Positions 1-9,441 of a stretch of DNA of 64,000 nucleotides are shown in pieces. Location: the IMG/VR virus record IMGVR_UViG_3300030524_000005, one strand, 5' to 3'. Origin of the DNA: an uncultured virus (IMG/VR IMGVR_UViG_3300030524_000005) (taxonomy: Duplodnaviria > Heunggongvirae > Uroviricota > Caudoviricetes). The notes under the pieces were generated by a model that saw only the letters and a list, made by a program, of their open reading frames with translations, ran no database searches and had not been told where the DNA came from. The position numbers and the translations under genes were made by a program. Numbering within the stretch: position 1 is the stretch's first letter; the number at the start of each line of letters is the position of its first letter.

Positions 1-9
1 TGAACCTCA

Positions 10-420
10 ATGACAGACCTCGATTTGCGCGTCAAGCGCCCACTCAAAACAACCAGTGAAATCGACTGGCCCGCCTGGACTAGCGAGGCGAAAGTCATTG
101 CTGACACGTTGAAAAACAGCGGCCTGCAAGACAAGAGTGTAGCCATTGAGATCGGCGTGGATGCCGCGGTGCTGTCCAAGGTGCAGACGGGTCAAGCAAG
201 GCTGTCAGAGCCCCACATGGACGCGCTGATGGACGCCTGCGGGTCTGAGGCGTGGTTGCATTACTGGCTACTCAAGCGGGGCTATGACCCGCGCTGCTTG
301 CGTCGCATTGAGACGGACCTTGAAAGTGAGAACCGTATTTTGCGTGAGCGTCTTGAGGTAGTTGAGCGGGAGCGCGAAGTCGAGCTTCGGCTTTATTCGA
401 AAATCCGAGTTACTTCGTAG
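10..420 (+). CDS. cII-like HTH transcriptional regulator
   Basis: HTH-like segment DKSVAIEIGVDAAVLSK; lies just upstream of the replication genes. Confidence 0.6.
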   Translation: MTDLDLRVKRPLKTTSEIDWPAWTSEAKVIADTLKNSGLQDKSVAIEIGVDAAVLSKVQTGQARLSEPHMDALMDACGSEAWLHYWLLKRGYDPRCLRRIETDLESENRILRERLEVVEREREVELRLYSKIRVTS

Positions 421-430
421 GGGATGGATC

Positions 431-805
431 ATGAGTGGATTCTGTGTGTATGGCGGTTCGTTGGCGATTGCTCGGGCGCGCGCCGAAAAGCATGTGCCGC
501 TGCGCGACCCCGAAACCAAGCGCCCTTATACCGAGGCGGAATATCGCGCGCTGGTCGAGGAATACGCCAAGCGCACGTTTCCGCTTATGAAACCCCTGCA
601 AATCAGCCCCGCCTTCGATGCCCCGCAATTCGCCGGCGAGTGGCTTTCTCTTGCCTCCAAAACCGATCTCTATCGGGACTTCTCGATCATGTGTCGGGGG
701 GGGCTTCACGACGCCAAGGGCAACCCGAAGATCAGCAAGACTACCGGCCAACAGTTAATCGGCTGGGTCAAGTACGAGCCGGTTCCGCAGCGTCGCGCGG
801 CATAG
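431..805 (+). CDS. phage hypothetical protein
   Basis: ATG after GGATGGA; operon position. Confidence 0.6.
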   Translation: MSGFCVYGGSLAIARARAEKHVPLRDPETKRPYTEAEYRALVEEYAKRTFPLMKPLQISPAFDAPQFAGEWLSLASKTDLYRDFSIMCRGGLHDAKGNPKISKTTGQQLIGWVKYEPVPQRRAA

Positions 806-862
806 CCTAAAAAATTTTGCCCTTTTGTGAATGCGCGCAGCCGAACTGACAGGACGCAAATT

Positions 863-1135
863 ATGAAAGTCGAAATGGGAAGAATCCCGCTCCGCATCTC
901 ATTGGACTCGCCAGCGATTGGCGACGTCTACCGCGCTAAAGGCGGTCGCGGCACCAAGTTTTTCGTGGTGGCAGCCATCACCGGGAACATTGCGCATGCG
1001 TTGGGCCTGAACGCCGAGGGCGATATCGTCAGCACGACCAGCTACGGCACCCATGTGTTCGCCAGTCGCGATTTGGTCGGGCGCGTGAATGACTTGGCTG
1101 AGCTGACGCTGAATATCGAGTGGGAGCCGATATGA
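863..1135 (+). CDS. phage hypothetical protein
   Basis: AGGA RBS; ATGA overlap with next gene. Confidence 0.55.
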   Translation: MKVEMGRIPLRISLDSPAIGDVYRAKGGRGTKFFVVAAITGNIAHALGLNAEGDIVSTTSYGTHVFASRDLVGRVNDLAELTLNIEWEPI

Positions 1136-1317
1136 ACGCACGCATGCCAATTCCTGAAGATCCTCGCCTGTTCGATATCAATGAACTCGGCGCCCGCATG
1201 ACTGTTGCCGATACCAAGGACGTGCGCCTGCACTTGTGGGGCGAGCTGCGCGGGAAGATCGACGAGTACCTTCGCGATGCCACGGCGACGGCTTGTGTTG
1301 GGAAGAGGGCTCAGTAA
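1132..1317 (+). CDS. phage hypothetical protein
   Basis: GGAG RBS; abuts neighbours on both sides. Confidence 0.5.
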   Translation: MNARMPIPEDPRLFDINELGARMTVADTKDVRLHLWGELRGKIDEYLRDATATACVGKRAQ

Positions 1318-2130
1318 ATGCCGGTACGGATGCTCCGCGAAGGAATCTTGACGAGCGAGCGTATTGATTTGCTCAGCCCCTCCGGAGAGGTTTTCTATCG
1401 TCGCCTGATGTCTGTGGTCGATGATTACGGCCGCTTTTCGGCCAACCCTAAGTTGGTGCGCGCTGCCTGCTACCCGCTCAAGTTGGATACGGTGAATGAC
1501 GCGCACATCGCTGATTGGCTTCAGGAGTGCGCCAAGGCTTCGTTGGTTCTCTGTTACGAAGTCGCCGGTAAGCAGTACTTAGAGGTGCAGGATTTCCGTC
1601 AGCAAGTGCGTTCGAAACATAGCAAATTCCCTGATCCGTTATCGGTTGTTATCAACTGCTTAGCAGATGCAAAGCAAGTGCACGAATCTGCCCACTTAGA
1701 CGGAGACGGAGACGGGGACGTAGTCGAGGACGGTAATTCCTCTACTGACGTAGAGGTAGCGATCGGCGATGCCGAATCGCCCTCTGGGAGCAAGGTTCCT
1801 GATTGCCCTCACCAGCAGTTGATTGAGCTTTACGCGAAGCATTTGCCTGAATTGCCTTACCCGAGAATTTGGGAGGGAGAGCGACAGAAGTCGATGCGCG
1901 CTAGATGGCGGTGGGTTCTGACGGCCAAGCAGAAGAACGGCCAGCAGTACGCCACGGATGAGGCGAGTGCCGTCGCCTGGTTTGACCGGTTTTTTTCGTA
2001 CGTCGCAAAGAGTGATTTTCTGAGCGGCAGGAATGGCAAGTGGAGCGGCTGCGATCTTGGCTGGTTGGTGAAGTCTGAGAATTTCGCAAAAGTCGTGCAG
2101 GGCAATTACGAGAACAAGGAAGCGAAATGA
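1318..2130 (+). CDS. phage replication initiator protein
   Basis: N-terminal VFYRRLMSVVDDYGRF wHTH-type domain, DGDGDG linker, C-terminal WLVKSENFAKVVQGNY; precedes DnaB. Confidence 0.8.
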   Translation: MPVRMLREGILTSERIDLLSPSGEVFYRRLMSVVDDYGRFSANPKLVRAACYPLKLDTVNDAHIADWLQECAKASLVLCYEVAGKQYLEVQDFRQQVRSKHSKFPDPLSVVINCLADAKQVHESAHLDGDGDGDVVEDGNSSTDVEVAIGDAESPSGSKVPDCPHQQLIELYAKHLPELPYPRIWEGERQKSMRARWRWVLTAKQKNGQQYATDEASAVAWFDRFFSYVAKSDFLSGRNGKWSGCDLGWLVKSENFAKVVQGNYENKEAK

Positions 2131-3539
2131 ACGCACCTCACGACCTACCAGAGGAAAGCCGGCTGTCAGTCCCGCCCCAGGCAATCGAGGCCGAGCAATC
2201 GGTGCTTGGCGCGCTGCTTTTCGATAACGACGCGATTGATCGCATTACCGAGTTACGGGCCGAGCATTTTTACCGGTTCGACCATCGGATTATTTTTGAG
2301 CATATTTCCCGATTGATCGTCTCTGGACGCAACGCTGATGTCATCACAGTGCATGAGGCGCTGGGGGCCGCTGGCAAGGCTGCGGATGTCGGCGGCTTGC
2401 AATACTTGAATGCACTTTCGCAGAACACACCCGGCAGCGGTGGCGTGCGGCGCTGGGCGGAAATCGTCATTAGCCGCGCCAAGCTGCGCGGGCTGATCGC
2501 AGCAGCCGATGAAATTTCAACCATGGCCTATCGGCCTGACGGGCGCGCTATCGAGGAAATTGTCGCCCTGGCGCAATCGAAGCTCGAGCCGCTGGCTGAT
2601 GCGATCGCGCACGAACCCGCCTTCATTTCAACCTTCCTCACGCCGATCGTCCAGCGCATAGACGAAGAATTTCACGGTAGCGCGACGCAGAGAAAGGCGT
2701 ATTCGACGGGCCTGCGCGATCTTGACGCAAAGCTGGGCGGTGGGATGCGTGGCGGCCAATTAATCATTGTGGCCGGTAGGCCGTCGATGGGGAAGAGCGC
2801 GATAGCCTTGGGTGTGGCGGAATCGGTCGCACAAGTCGGTGAGCCGTCGATGTTCTTCACGCAAGAAATGACGGGCGACGAGTTATCGTCCCGGTCCTTG
2901 TCGCGCGCGTCAGGCCTGCCGCTCGAAAAAATTCTAGATGGCGCGAAATTCAGCAGGGACGACAACGACCCGGATTGGAGGATGCTTACCAAGGGCGTCA
3001 GTCAACTCGCTGACCTAGCCTTGCTGATCGACGAGACGGCGGGTATATCGCTACCCCAAATTCAAGCCCGCGCACGCGCCGCTAAGCGCAAGCATGGTCT
3101 TGGCCTGATCGTTGTCGACTATCTCGGCTTGATGGCAGCGTCTCAGGGCAATAATCGCACTGAGCAGGTCGGTGCCAACAGCCGTGGTCTCAAGACGCTC
3201 GCGAAACAGCTTGGCATCCCGATTGTCTTGCTGGCGCAGCTCTCCCGTAAATGCGAAGAGCGTACCAACAAGCGCCCGATGATGTCGGACCTGCGCGACT
3301 CCGGCGAAATTGAACAGGATGCGGACGTGATCCTGTTTCTGTATCGCGATGAGGTTTATGAGCCGGATTCACCCGATCGCGGAACTGCCGAAATAAACAT
3401 TGCCAAGCAGCGCAATGGCCCGACTGGAATTGTTCGAGCTGCGTACCTGGGCGAGCGGACCATGTTCGCTGATATGGCGCCGGGTTACGTCGCAGCCCCG
3501 CACAAGGCACCAGAGAAAGCCCGTAGAGGTATGGAATGA
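2127..3539 (+). CDS. dnaB: replicative DNA helicase, DnaB family
   Basis: PPQAIEAEQSVLG, Walker A AGRPSMGKS, VVDYLGLM, SDLRDSGEIEQDAD, KQRNGPTG. Confidence 0.97.
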   Translation: MNAPHDLPEESRLSVPPQAIEAEQSVLGALLFDNDAIDRITELRAEHFYRFDHRIIFEHISRLIVSGRNADVITVHEALGAAGKAADVGGLQYLNALSQNTPGSGGVRRWAEIVISRAKLRGLIAAADEISTMAYRPDGRAIEEIVALAQSKLEPLADAIAHEPAFISTFLTPIVQRIDEEFHGSATQRKAYSTGLRDLDAKLGGGMRGGQLIIVAGRPSMGKSAIALGVAESVAQVGEPSMFFTQEMTGDELSSRSLSRASGLPLEKILDGAKFSRDDNDPDWRMLTKGVSQLADLALLIDETAGISLPQIQARARAAKRKHGLGLIVVDYLGLMAASQGNNRTEQVGANSRGLKTLAKQLGIPIVLLAQLSRKCEERTNKRPMMSDLRDSGEIEQDADVILFLYRDEVYEPDSPDRGTAEINIAKQRNGPTGIVRAAYLGERTMFADMAPGYVAAPHKAPEKARRGME

Positions 3540-3898
3540 CCTCCCTCCACCTCCCCACCAAAGCCGCCGCGAAGCCGAGCAAATACCGCAATAAGGTAAT
3601 TGTGATGGACGGGTTGAAGTTCGATAGCAAGCGCGAATACGCCCGCTGGTGCGAACTGAAATTGCTTCAAAGCGCCGGAAAGATCCGCAACTTGGTTCGT
3701 CAAGTCGAATTCAAGTTGGCGCCCGCAGTTTCGATCAAAGGCAGGAAACGGCCGGCATTGAAATATATCGCGGACTTCGCCTATGACGATGGACCGCATT
3801 GGGTAATCGAAGACGTGAAGGGAAAAATCACCGAAGGCTACCGCATAAAGCGACACCTCATGGCGGTGTTGGGCTTTCAGATATTGGAGACCAAATGA
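3536..3898 (+). CDS. DUF1064-family PD-(D/E)XK nuclease
   Basis: SKYRNK..DGLKFDSKREYAR..YIADF..IEDVKG. Confidence 0.85.
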   Translation: MTSLHLPTKAAAKPSKYRNKVIVMDGLKFDSKREYARWCELKLLQSAGKIRNLVRQVEFKLAPAVSIKGRKRPALKYIADFAYDDGPHWVIEDVKGKITEGYRIKRHLMAVLGFQILETK

Positions 3899-4152
3899 TG
3901 CAGCAAGAGCTAACCGATTGGTTTGGACCAGACGTTCATCCCGTGCATGTGGGTTGGTATCACACAGGCGTCGATTGGCGCGATCCACAGAAAGACGATT
4001 CCCTTGAGTCTAAATTCAACTGGTGGTGGAGCGGCAAAGAGTGGTGGGATTTCCAGCCAAGAAGCCGCGAGGACGCCGAAGTCTGTCGTGTCCAAAACCG
4101 CTATTGGCGCGGCCTGGCATCCGATCCTGCAAAGGGAGTAAATCATGACTGA
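3895..4152 (+). CDS. Trp-rich phage protein
   Basis: TDWF..PVHVGWY..WSGKEW..QNRYWRGL; related to the N-terminal part of 6108-6494. Confidence 0.65.
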   Translation: MMQQELTDWFGPDVHPVHVGWYHTGVDWRDPQKDDSLESKFNWWWSGKEWWDFQPRSREDAEVCRVQNRYWRGLASDPAKGVNHD

Positions 4153-4498
4153 TTCAGTACGAGACCAGATCACGAGATATTTGCAAGTCGCGCATCTGGC
4201 GTCGCGCAATGAGATTTTCCGTGACGTCGACGCACCGGCAAACACGATCAACAAGTCGCTCGATCGACTGCTGAAGGATGGTTACGTCGGTGGCTGGCCG
4301 GATAAGTTCGCGGACTCGATTACGGGACGCGAGGCGACGCATTATTTCCGCACGCTTAAACCGTTTCCAGTGACAAGGGCGGTCATTCAACATGCACCGG
4401 CCCCGCTGGCGCGCTCGGTCGTAACTCGGCATGCCGAACAAGCCTCGCGCGCGCCTACGGATTTGATCAATGCTTTTAGCAGGATGGTGGCTCTATGA
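4145..4498 (+). CDS. winged-HTH-like protein
   Basis: SRNEIF..ANTINKSLDRLLKDGYV pattern. Confidence 0.55.
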   Translation: MTDSVRDQITRYLQVAHLASRNEIFRDVDAPANTINKSLDRLLKDGYVGGWPDKFADSITGREATHYFRTLKPFPVTRAVIQHAPAPLARSVVTRHAEQASRAPTDLINAFSRMVAL

Positions 4499-4824
4499 CT
4501 CGCAAGCCTCGCAAAAAGCTCGGGCGCACCCGCATCGAGGTCGACGTGTTCAAGTTCCTGAAACCCGGCGAAGTCTTGTCAATCGAGGAATTCGCCGGAC
4601 TATCCGGCTTGACTGGCAAAACCGCACGCAATCGACTTCTCGAATTTGAGGCCGACGGAATCATCCGTCGCGAATACGGACGCCGCAGACACACGAACGC
4701 ATTGTGCTTCCGACTCGCAGCCGAGCGGCCGGTTCGCAACGCAGAGGGTAACGATTTGCTGCGCCAGTGCTTTTTTGAGATGTGTCGGCGCGGGAATGGA
4801 TCGAACATAGGAGTCGCAGCATGA
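4495..4824 (+). CDS. winged-HTH-like protein
   Basis: SIEEFAGLSGLTGKTARNRLLEFEADGII. Confidence 0.6.
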   Translation: MTRKPRKKLGRTRIEVDVFKFLKPGEVLSIEEFAGLSGLTGKTARNRLLEFEADGIIRREYGRRRHTNALCFRLAAERPVRNAEGNDLLRQCFFEMCRRGNGSNIGVAA

Positions 4825-5153
4825 ACGCTGATCTATCCGCAGGCAGCCTAGTCGAGCGCATGACGCCCGGTAAGGCGCACACGATGACTGACCTCGGCAA
4901 GTTGTTCGGCTGCAGCGCCAAGGCAATTACGCCCACGCTCACCGCTGCCATCCGCGCAGGCCTGATCGTTGGCGTGAAGATCGGCGAAGGCTACAAGGTG
5001 TCGACGCGGTATTGCGTGGCGGGAACTGAGCCGAAGCCGGTCGAGAAAAAGGCGCCGCAAGTGCATCGCTGGCAGGTTGGCGAGTTGACGGGCTATGACC
5101 GGGGGAATCGGGAGTTTCAGGAGTTGGCGCGGCTTGGGCGGGGTGCGCGATGA
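4821..5153 (+). CDS. winged-HTH-like protein
   Basis: TMTDLGKLFGCSAKAITPTLTAAIRAGLI. Confidence 0.55.
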   Translation: MNADLSAGSLVERMTPGKAHTMTDLGKLFGCSAKAITPTLTAAIRAGLIVGVKIGEGYKVSTRYCVAGTEPKPVEKKAPQVHRWQVGELTGYDRGNREFQELARLGRGAR

Positions 5154-5911
5154 GAACTGAAATCATAGGCGATGCGATGCTGTATCTGGGCGATTGCCGC
5201 GAAATCCTGCCGACGCTCGATCGCGTGGATGCGGTGATTACTGATCCGCCATATGGGATCGTCCACGACTTTGGCGAGCAGAAACGCTTGGATGGATCGC
5301 GAAAGCTCCAATGGGATTGGGATGGTCCGGAAACGCATGGGCTGATTCGCGACGCGTTGATCGGTTCGTTGGATGTTCTGAATCGCCCCGGCAATGCATT
5401 CGCTTTCGCTGGGTTCGACACCCTTGAGATCTCCCGCGAGGTATTTCGCCAAGCTGGTATGACGCCGAAGCCGTGGTCATGGGTGAAGCTGTGCCCGCCT
5501 CCTGCGATGCCGGGGAATCGCTGGCCGTCTGCTTTCGAAGTCGCGTGCCTGGGTTATGACGCTGGCTCTTATTTCGCAGATGCGAACCCATCGCGCCGCA
5601 ACGCCATGGTCGCGGATGCATTGCGTGCCGGGAATTCCGAGAAAGCTGGTCATCCAACCCAGAAGCCGCTTTCTGTCATGGAACATTTGGTGTCTGCACT
5701 GGTCGCGCCCGAAAAGTGCGCACTAGACCCGTTCATGGGTTCCGGGACGACAGGCGTCGCTGCCATGCGGCTGGGCCGGAAATTCATTGGCATCGAGCGC
5801 GAACCCAAGTACTTCGAAATAGCCTGCCGACGCATCGAAGACGCCCAGCGCCAGGAATCGCTATTCGAGCCAGAAGCACCAAAAACCGAACAGATGGGAT
5901 TCGCACTATGA
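5150..5911 (+). CDS. beta-class amino (N6A/N4C) DNA methyltransferase
   Basis: TDPPY precedes HPTQKP and LDPFMGSGTT. Confidence 0.93.
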   Translation: MRTEIIGDAMLYLGDCREILPTLDRVDAVITDPPYGIVHDFGEQKRLDGSRKLQWDWDGPETHGLIRDALIGSLDVLNRPGNAFAFAGFDTLEISREVFRQAGMTPKPWSWVKLCPPPAMPGNRWPSAFEVACLGYDAGSYFADANPSRRNAMVADALRAGNSEKAGHPTQKPLSVMEHLVSALVAPEKCALDPFMGSGTTGVAAMRLGRKFIGIEREPKYFEIACRRIEDAQRQESLFEPEAPKTEQMGFAL

Positions 5912-6111
5912 ACGCCCGCCAAAACCTCAATCCCAAAACCGCCGCCGCCGACGCATTCGCCCGCGAGGTGCGCGACCTGATTAGCCGGCCGCTAAGCCAG
6001 CGCAAGCAATATCTCACCGAGGTCACTGCCATGCGCGGCGAAGATGCGGCTGATGCGTTGCGCGATGCGATGGCAGCGTTGTTCGTGGCAAATAATCCCG
6101 GGGTGCTGTGA
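5908..6111 (+). CDS. phage hypothetical protein
   Basis: Overlaps both neighbours. Confidence 0.5.
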   Translation: MNARQNLNPKTAAADAFAREVRDLISRPLSQRKQYLTEVTAMRGEDAADALRDAMAALFVANNPGVL

Positions 6112-6494
6112 TGAGCGTAACCGAGTGGTATCCGCCCGAATCAAAGCCTATTCGTGCTGGTTGGTACGACGCGGCCAATTTCGATGCTGGCTGGATCTAT
6201 GAGTCGCGCGTTTGGTGGGATGGCCGGTGGTTCGATAAACAGGATGGCGAGCCGCTTGGTAATCAGAATCAAACTTGGCGTGGACTGACGGAGCAGAGTG
6301 CCGACGGCTGGATCCCTTGGAGTGGTGGGGAATGTCCGGTGAATGATGATGGCGCTCCCGTCCAAGTTCGATTTGCAAATGGCACCGAGCCCAAGCCGGA
6401 CAATTTCCCGTCGATGTGGGACTGGAGGGCGCCGGATGCGAAGTATGGGCGGTCCGATAGCTGGGCGATCGTCGCCTATCGGGTGATTGCATGA
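6108..6494 (+). CDS. two-domain Trp-rich phage protein
   Basis: EWYPP..GWY..WDGRW..WRGL domain fused to a DGWIPWSGGECPV..IVAYRV domain. Confidence 0.65.
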   Translation: MMSVTEWYPPESKPIRAGWYDAANFDAGWIYESRVWWDGRWFDKQDGEPLGNQNQTWRGLTEQSADGWIPWSGGECPVNDDGAPVQVRFANGTEPKPDNFPSMWDWRAPDAKYGRSDSWAIVAYRVIA

Positions 6495-6838
6495 GCGAAG
6501 AAAGCGAAATCAACATTTTCAAATGTCTCGACTTCATCCGGGACAAGGCGCCAGAGTACGCGCAAGCCAAAGCCGCTCGGGTTTATCTGGAGCAATTCCG
6601 TAAAACCCAAAAGGCATTAGGGATGCGCGCCGCTGAATCGGCCGGTCACAAGTCGGCGGTGATCCAAGAGCGGGAAGCATACGCAGACCCGTCCTACATA
6701 TCGATTCTAGAGGGCCTAAGAGAGGCCGTAGAGGCAGAGGAGGCCCTTCGGTGGAGATTGGTAGCCGCACAGGCAAAGATCGAGGCGTGGAGGTCTCTGT
6801 CTGCCAACGCAAGAGCTGAACATAAGGTGATTCCATGA
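6491..6838 (+). CDS. helical phage protein, possibly a UvsY-like recombination mediator
   Basis: QEREAYADPSY..EAWRS coiled-coil pattern; function is inference. Confidence 0.5.
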   Translation: MSEESEINIFKCLDFIRDKAPEYAQAKAARVYLEQFRKTQKALGMRAAESAGHKSAVIQEREAYADPSYISILEGLREAVEAEEALRWRLVAAQAKIEAWRSLSANARAEHKVIP

Positions 6839-7002
6839 CCGCAACCGGCCTCTCCTTTTTCGTCGCCTGGTGGATATGGGCCGAAATAGTCCGATTCAGC
6901 AAATGGGATTGGCGCGCTCACATGCAACTGGGGTTATTTTTGGTCGGGCTGATCTTGACTGTGGCTGGTGTCATTCGGTGGGTTTGGGAGGTTATGCCGT
7001 GA
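6835..7002 (+). CDS. small membrane protein (55 aa)
   Basis: Translated by hand; two hydrophobic segments; overlaps both neighbours. Confidence 0.45.
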   Translation: MTATGLSFFVAWWIWAEIVRFSKWDWRAHMQLGLFLVGLILTVAGVIRWVWEVMP

Positions 7003-7202
7003 ATCTCAAGAAAAAGTTTCTCGATCAGTTTAATGCCGAGCGTATCGCTGAAGGACCGGCGACTGAGCATGTCCAGTTCATGCTGTACGCCCACGGCTAC
7101 AAGGCCGGGATGGAAGCAGCCGCCGAACTCCTGAAGGCTGAGTGGTTCAGGACGCAAGCGGATTGCGAGCTGGCGATTGTGCGCGCGGCGGCGAAGCTAT
7201 GA
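6999..7202 (+). CDS. phage hypothetical protein
   Basis: GGAGG RBS before GTG. Confidence 0.5.
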   Translation: MNLKKKFLDQFNAERIAEGPATEHVQFMLYAHGYKAGMEAAAELLKAEWFRTQADCELAIVRAAAKL

Positions 7203-7666
7203 CCCTCACCCGCAAAACCCCAATGAATCGCGGCACCTCGCAGCTCACCCGCACCGGCTTCAAGCGCCAGCCAGCGCGCTCGCTCAATCCGCATAGCGGC
7301 GAAGTGGTGCGCAGCGGGATGAAGCGCTCGCGCAAGCGTCGGCGTTCGGTAGTTGGGCTGGATGCCAAATACATTGCCGCGTGCAAAGGCGAGCCCTGCT
7401 ATCTACGCATCGAGGGCGTGTGCTGCGGCGACTGGCGCACGGTGGTTGATTGTCATTCGAATCAAGGCCGCCACGGCAAAGGAATGGGCATTACCGCAGA
7501 ACATCGGTACACGGTTCCGGGCTGCGCGACATGCCACGTTTTCATCGACCAGAGCGGTGCGGATCAAGAGGAAAAGTTTGTGGCGTGGGATCGGGCGTTT
7601 GAGATATGGGAGCCGCGACGGGCGGCGAAGATGGGGATGGCACAACCAGAATTGGAGGCGACATGA
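7199..7666 (+). CDS. DUF1364-like Zn/HNH-type nuclease
   Basis: CYLRIEGVC..CHSN..GKGMG..CATCH. Confidence 0.8.
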   Translation: MTLTRKTPMNRGTSQLTRTGFKRQPARSLNPHSGEVVRSGMKRSRKRRRSVVGLDAKYIAACKGEPCYLRIEGVCCGDWRTVVDCHSNQGRHGKGMGITAEHRYTVPGCATCHVFIDQSGADQEEKFVAWDRAFEIWEPRRAAKMGMAQPELEAT

Positions 7667-8256
7667 ATTCGACTAGTTTCATACGTCTGCTGGACGAGCT
7701 CGACTGCGAGGCGGCGGCGCAGCACTCGGTACTCAATCATCACGTCGACGGCATGGATTATCTGTGCCTACACCGCTCGCCAAAGCTCACCATGAAGCTG
7801 TATTTCATCGACACGGCGCGCATGTTCCGACAAGTGCCGAACACGTACCTTGTGACTCCGCACACGCACCGGTATGCGTTCAAAAGCACTGTTCTTGCCG
7901 GTCGCTTGATTCACGCCCGGTTTTGCGAGGCCAGCGGCGCCGGATATGACCGCTTCCAGTATTCGCCGGAAGATCGGAGCCTCATCGACATCGGGGCAGT
8001 CGGTCTTGGAGTGCCGGCGCTTGAGTTGCACGAAGCCGGTAGCAGCTATTGGTGCAGCACGACTGACATTCACACCTTGGTTGTGCCAGCGGGACCGGTA
8101 CTGCTCGGTTTGGTCCAGTTCAGCGATACCACCGAGAGGTCGACGGTCTATCTCCGAAAGGGATCGCGCATGGACTATCCGGAGTCGCGCAAGCCGACGG
8201 TAGACGAAGCGCTAAGCCTGCGCAATCATGCGCTTGAAATGATGGGCGCGGCATGA
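7663..8256 (+). CDS. cupin-fold protein (thiol-dioxygenase-like 3-His motif)
   Basis: PHTHRYAFKSTVLAG ... GSSYW..DIHTL. Confidence 0.6.
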   Translation: MNSTSFIRLLDELDCEAAAQHSVLNHHVDGMDYLCLHRSPKLTMKLYFIDTARMFRQVPNTYLVTPHTHRYAFKSTVLAGRLIHARFCEASGAGYDRFQYSPEDRSLIDIGAVGLGVPALELHEAGSSYWCSTTDIHTLVVPAGPVLLGLVQFSDTTERSTVYLRKGSRMDYPESRKPTVDEALSLRNHALEMMGAA

Positions 8257-8423
8257 ACAAATCCATAACCCAAGGCGCGATAACCTTCGCGGCCGCTGTG
8301 GCCGCTGGATCTGCCGCTTACGCCACGAAGGGCGCTGACGGGGCGACCGCTCCAATCATTTTCGTGCTCGCGGCGCTGTTCGGAGTGCTGGCCGGTGGCG
8401 CTCAGATTAAGGACCTGCCATGA
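8253..8423 (+). CDS. small membrane protein
   Basis: Translated by hand; hydrophobic; ATGA overlaps. Confidence 0.45.
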   Translation: MNKSITQGAITFAAAVAAGSAAYATKGADGATAPIIFVLAALFGVLAGGAQIKDLP

Positions 8424-8656
8424 GCACTCTCAACGAGATTATTTTGTACGCCGCATACGCGGTAGGCGTCCTTTTCTTCTTCTTGATGGCAAGAAATGAC
8501 ATGACCTATCGCATCAAAATGCACTTCATTGATACGGACCATCTGTGGCCCAAGGCCTATAACCGGCTGCCTTCATACGACGAGATGCTCGGTCACCCGA
8601 AGCACTGGCTGCGCTGGACCAAGCGTCAATGGCTTGAATATGTGGAGGCGGCATGA
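8420..8656 (+). CDS. small membrane-anchored protein
   Basis: N-terminal hydrophobic helix. Confidence 0.55.
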   Translation: MSTLNEIILYAAYAVGVLFFFLMARNDMTYRIKMHFIDTDHLWPKAYNRLPSYDEMLGHPKHWLRWTKRQWLEYVEAA

Positions 8657-8838
8657 AAACCTGCGGTGACTGCGAATACTTCGACCGCCTCAACGACGAT
8701 TGCCTGAGTCGCACCAGTCCGCGATTCCAGACGACTGGCGCCGATGAGGCGTGTATGGCGTTCTATCCGGACACGACCAAGGCTCGGCAGTGTTTGGCGT
8801 GCGGCGCGTCGGCCGATTCTAGCCTTTGCGAGCATTGA
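8653..8838 (+). CDS. Cys-rich small protein
   Basis: CGDC, CLAC motifs. Confidence 0.5.
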   Translation: MKTCGDCEYFDRLNDDCLSRTSPRFQTTGADEACMAFYPDTTKARQCLACGASADSSLCEH

Positions 8839-8839
8839 G

Positions 8840-9082
8840 ATGAGTCATCCATTCCTATTTGGTTTCATCGTCGGGTGGTGGGGGTCTTCGCTGATCGCCT
8901 GCATCGTGTTCGCAACTTTGAAATTGCGGCGCCCTTTGAGCACACCGAAAGCGCGTGCGCTTCCGCCTACTCGCCGGGAACCGCCGCCCATGCCCGCATG
9001 CAAGCCCGCGCGCGACGCCGACATGTGGGATGTGGGCAGCATCAATTATGAGTTTCTCGGTGTGACAGGAGAAGAGCGATGA
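8840..9082 (+). CDS. small membrane-anchored protein
   Basis: N-terminal TM followed by Pro-rich tail. Confidence 0.5.
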   Translation: MSHPFLFGFIVGWWGSSLIACIVFATLKLRRPLSTPKARALPPTRREPPPMPACKPARDADMWDVGSINYEFLGVTGEER

Positions 9083-9441
9083 AGCCATTCGACCTTGAGG
9101 CAGCCAAGCGCGGTGAGCCGATTCAAGTCAATTTCTACGACGAGAAAGGCCGGTACACGTGGACTGACGTTCATTTCGTCGGAACAACTCAAGAATCACA
9201 AATCATGATTCAGTTCGAGAACGGCTGCTGCTCGATCAAGGACGCCGACCAACTGCGCATGAGACCGTGCAAGCGCAGGTTCTTCGTCAACCTCTACCGC
9301 GACGCCGAATCGTGCACCTATATCGCTGGCGCAGTCGGGGATAGCAAAAGCGAGGTGGAGGGAAGGGCGGGCAACGTTTGGAATGGCCGAGGGATTCCAG
9401 CCCAGTACATCGGCGCGTTTCAGGTGGAGATTGAGGAATGA
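9079..9441 (+). CDS. phage hypothetical protein (KPFDLEAAK family)
   Basis: MKPFDLEAAKRGEP N-terminus typical of phage early proteins. Confidence 0.65.
   Translation: MKPFDLEAAKRGEPIQVNFYDEKGRYTWTDVHFVGTTQESQIMIQFENGCCSIKDADQLRMRPCKRRFFVNLYRDAESCTYIAGAVGDSKSEVEGRAGNVWNGRGIPAQYIGAFQVEIEE

Noticed and set aside
1699..1720. GACGGA and TTACCA (59147-59170) microsatellites as phase-variation tracts
   Set aside because: In-frame hexamers encoding ordinary DG and LP linkers of replication initiators
5150..5911. Restriction-modification system
   Set aside because: No cognate restriction endonuclease recognisable beside any of the three methyltransferases
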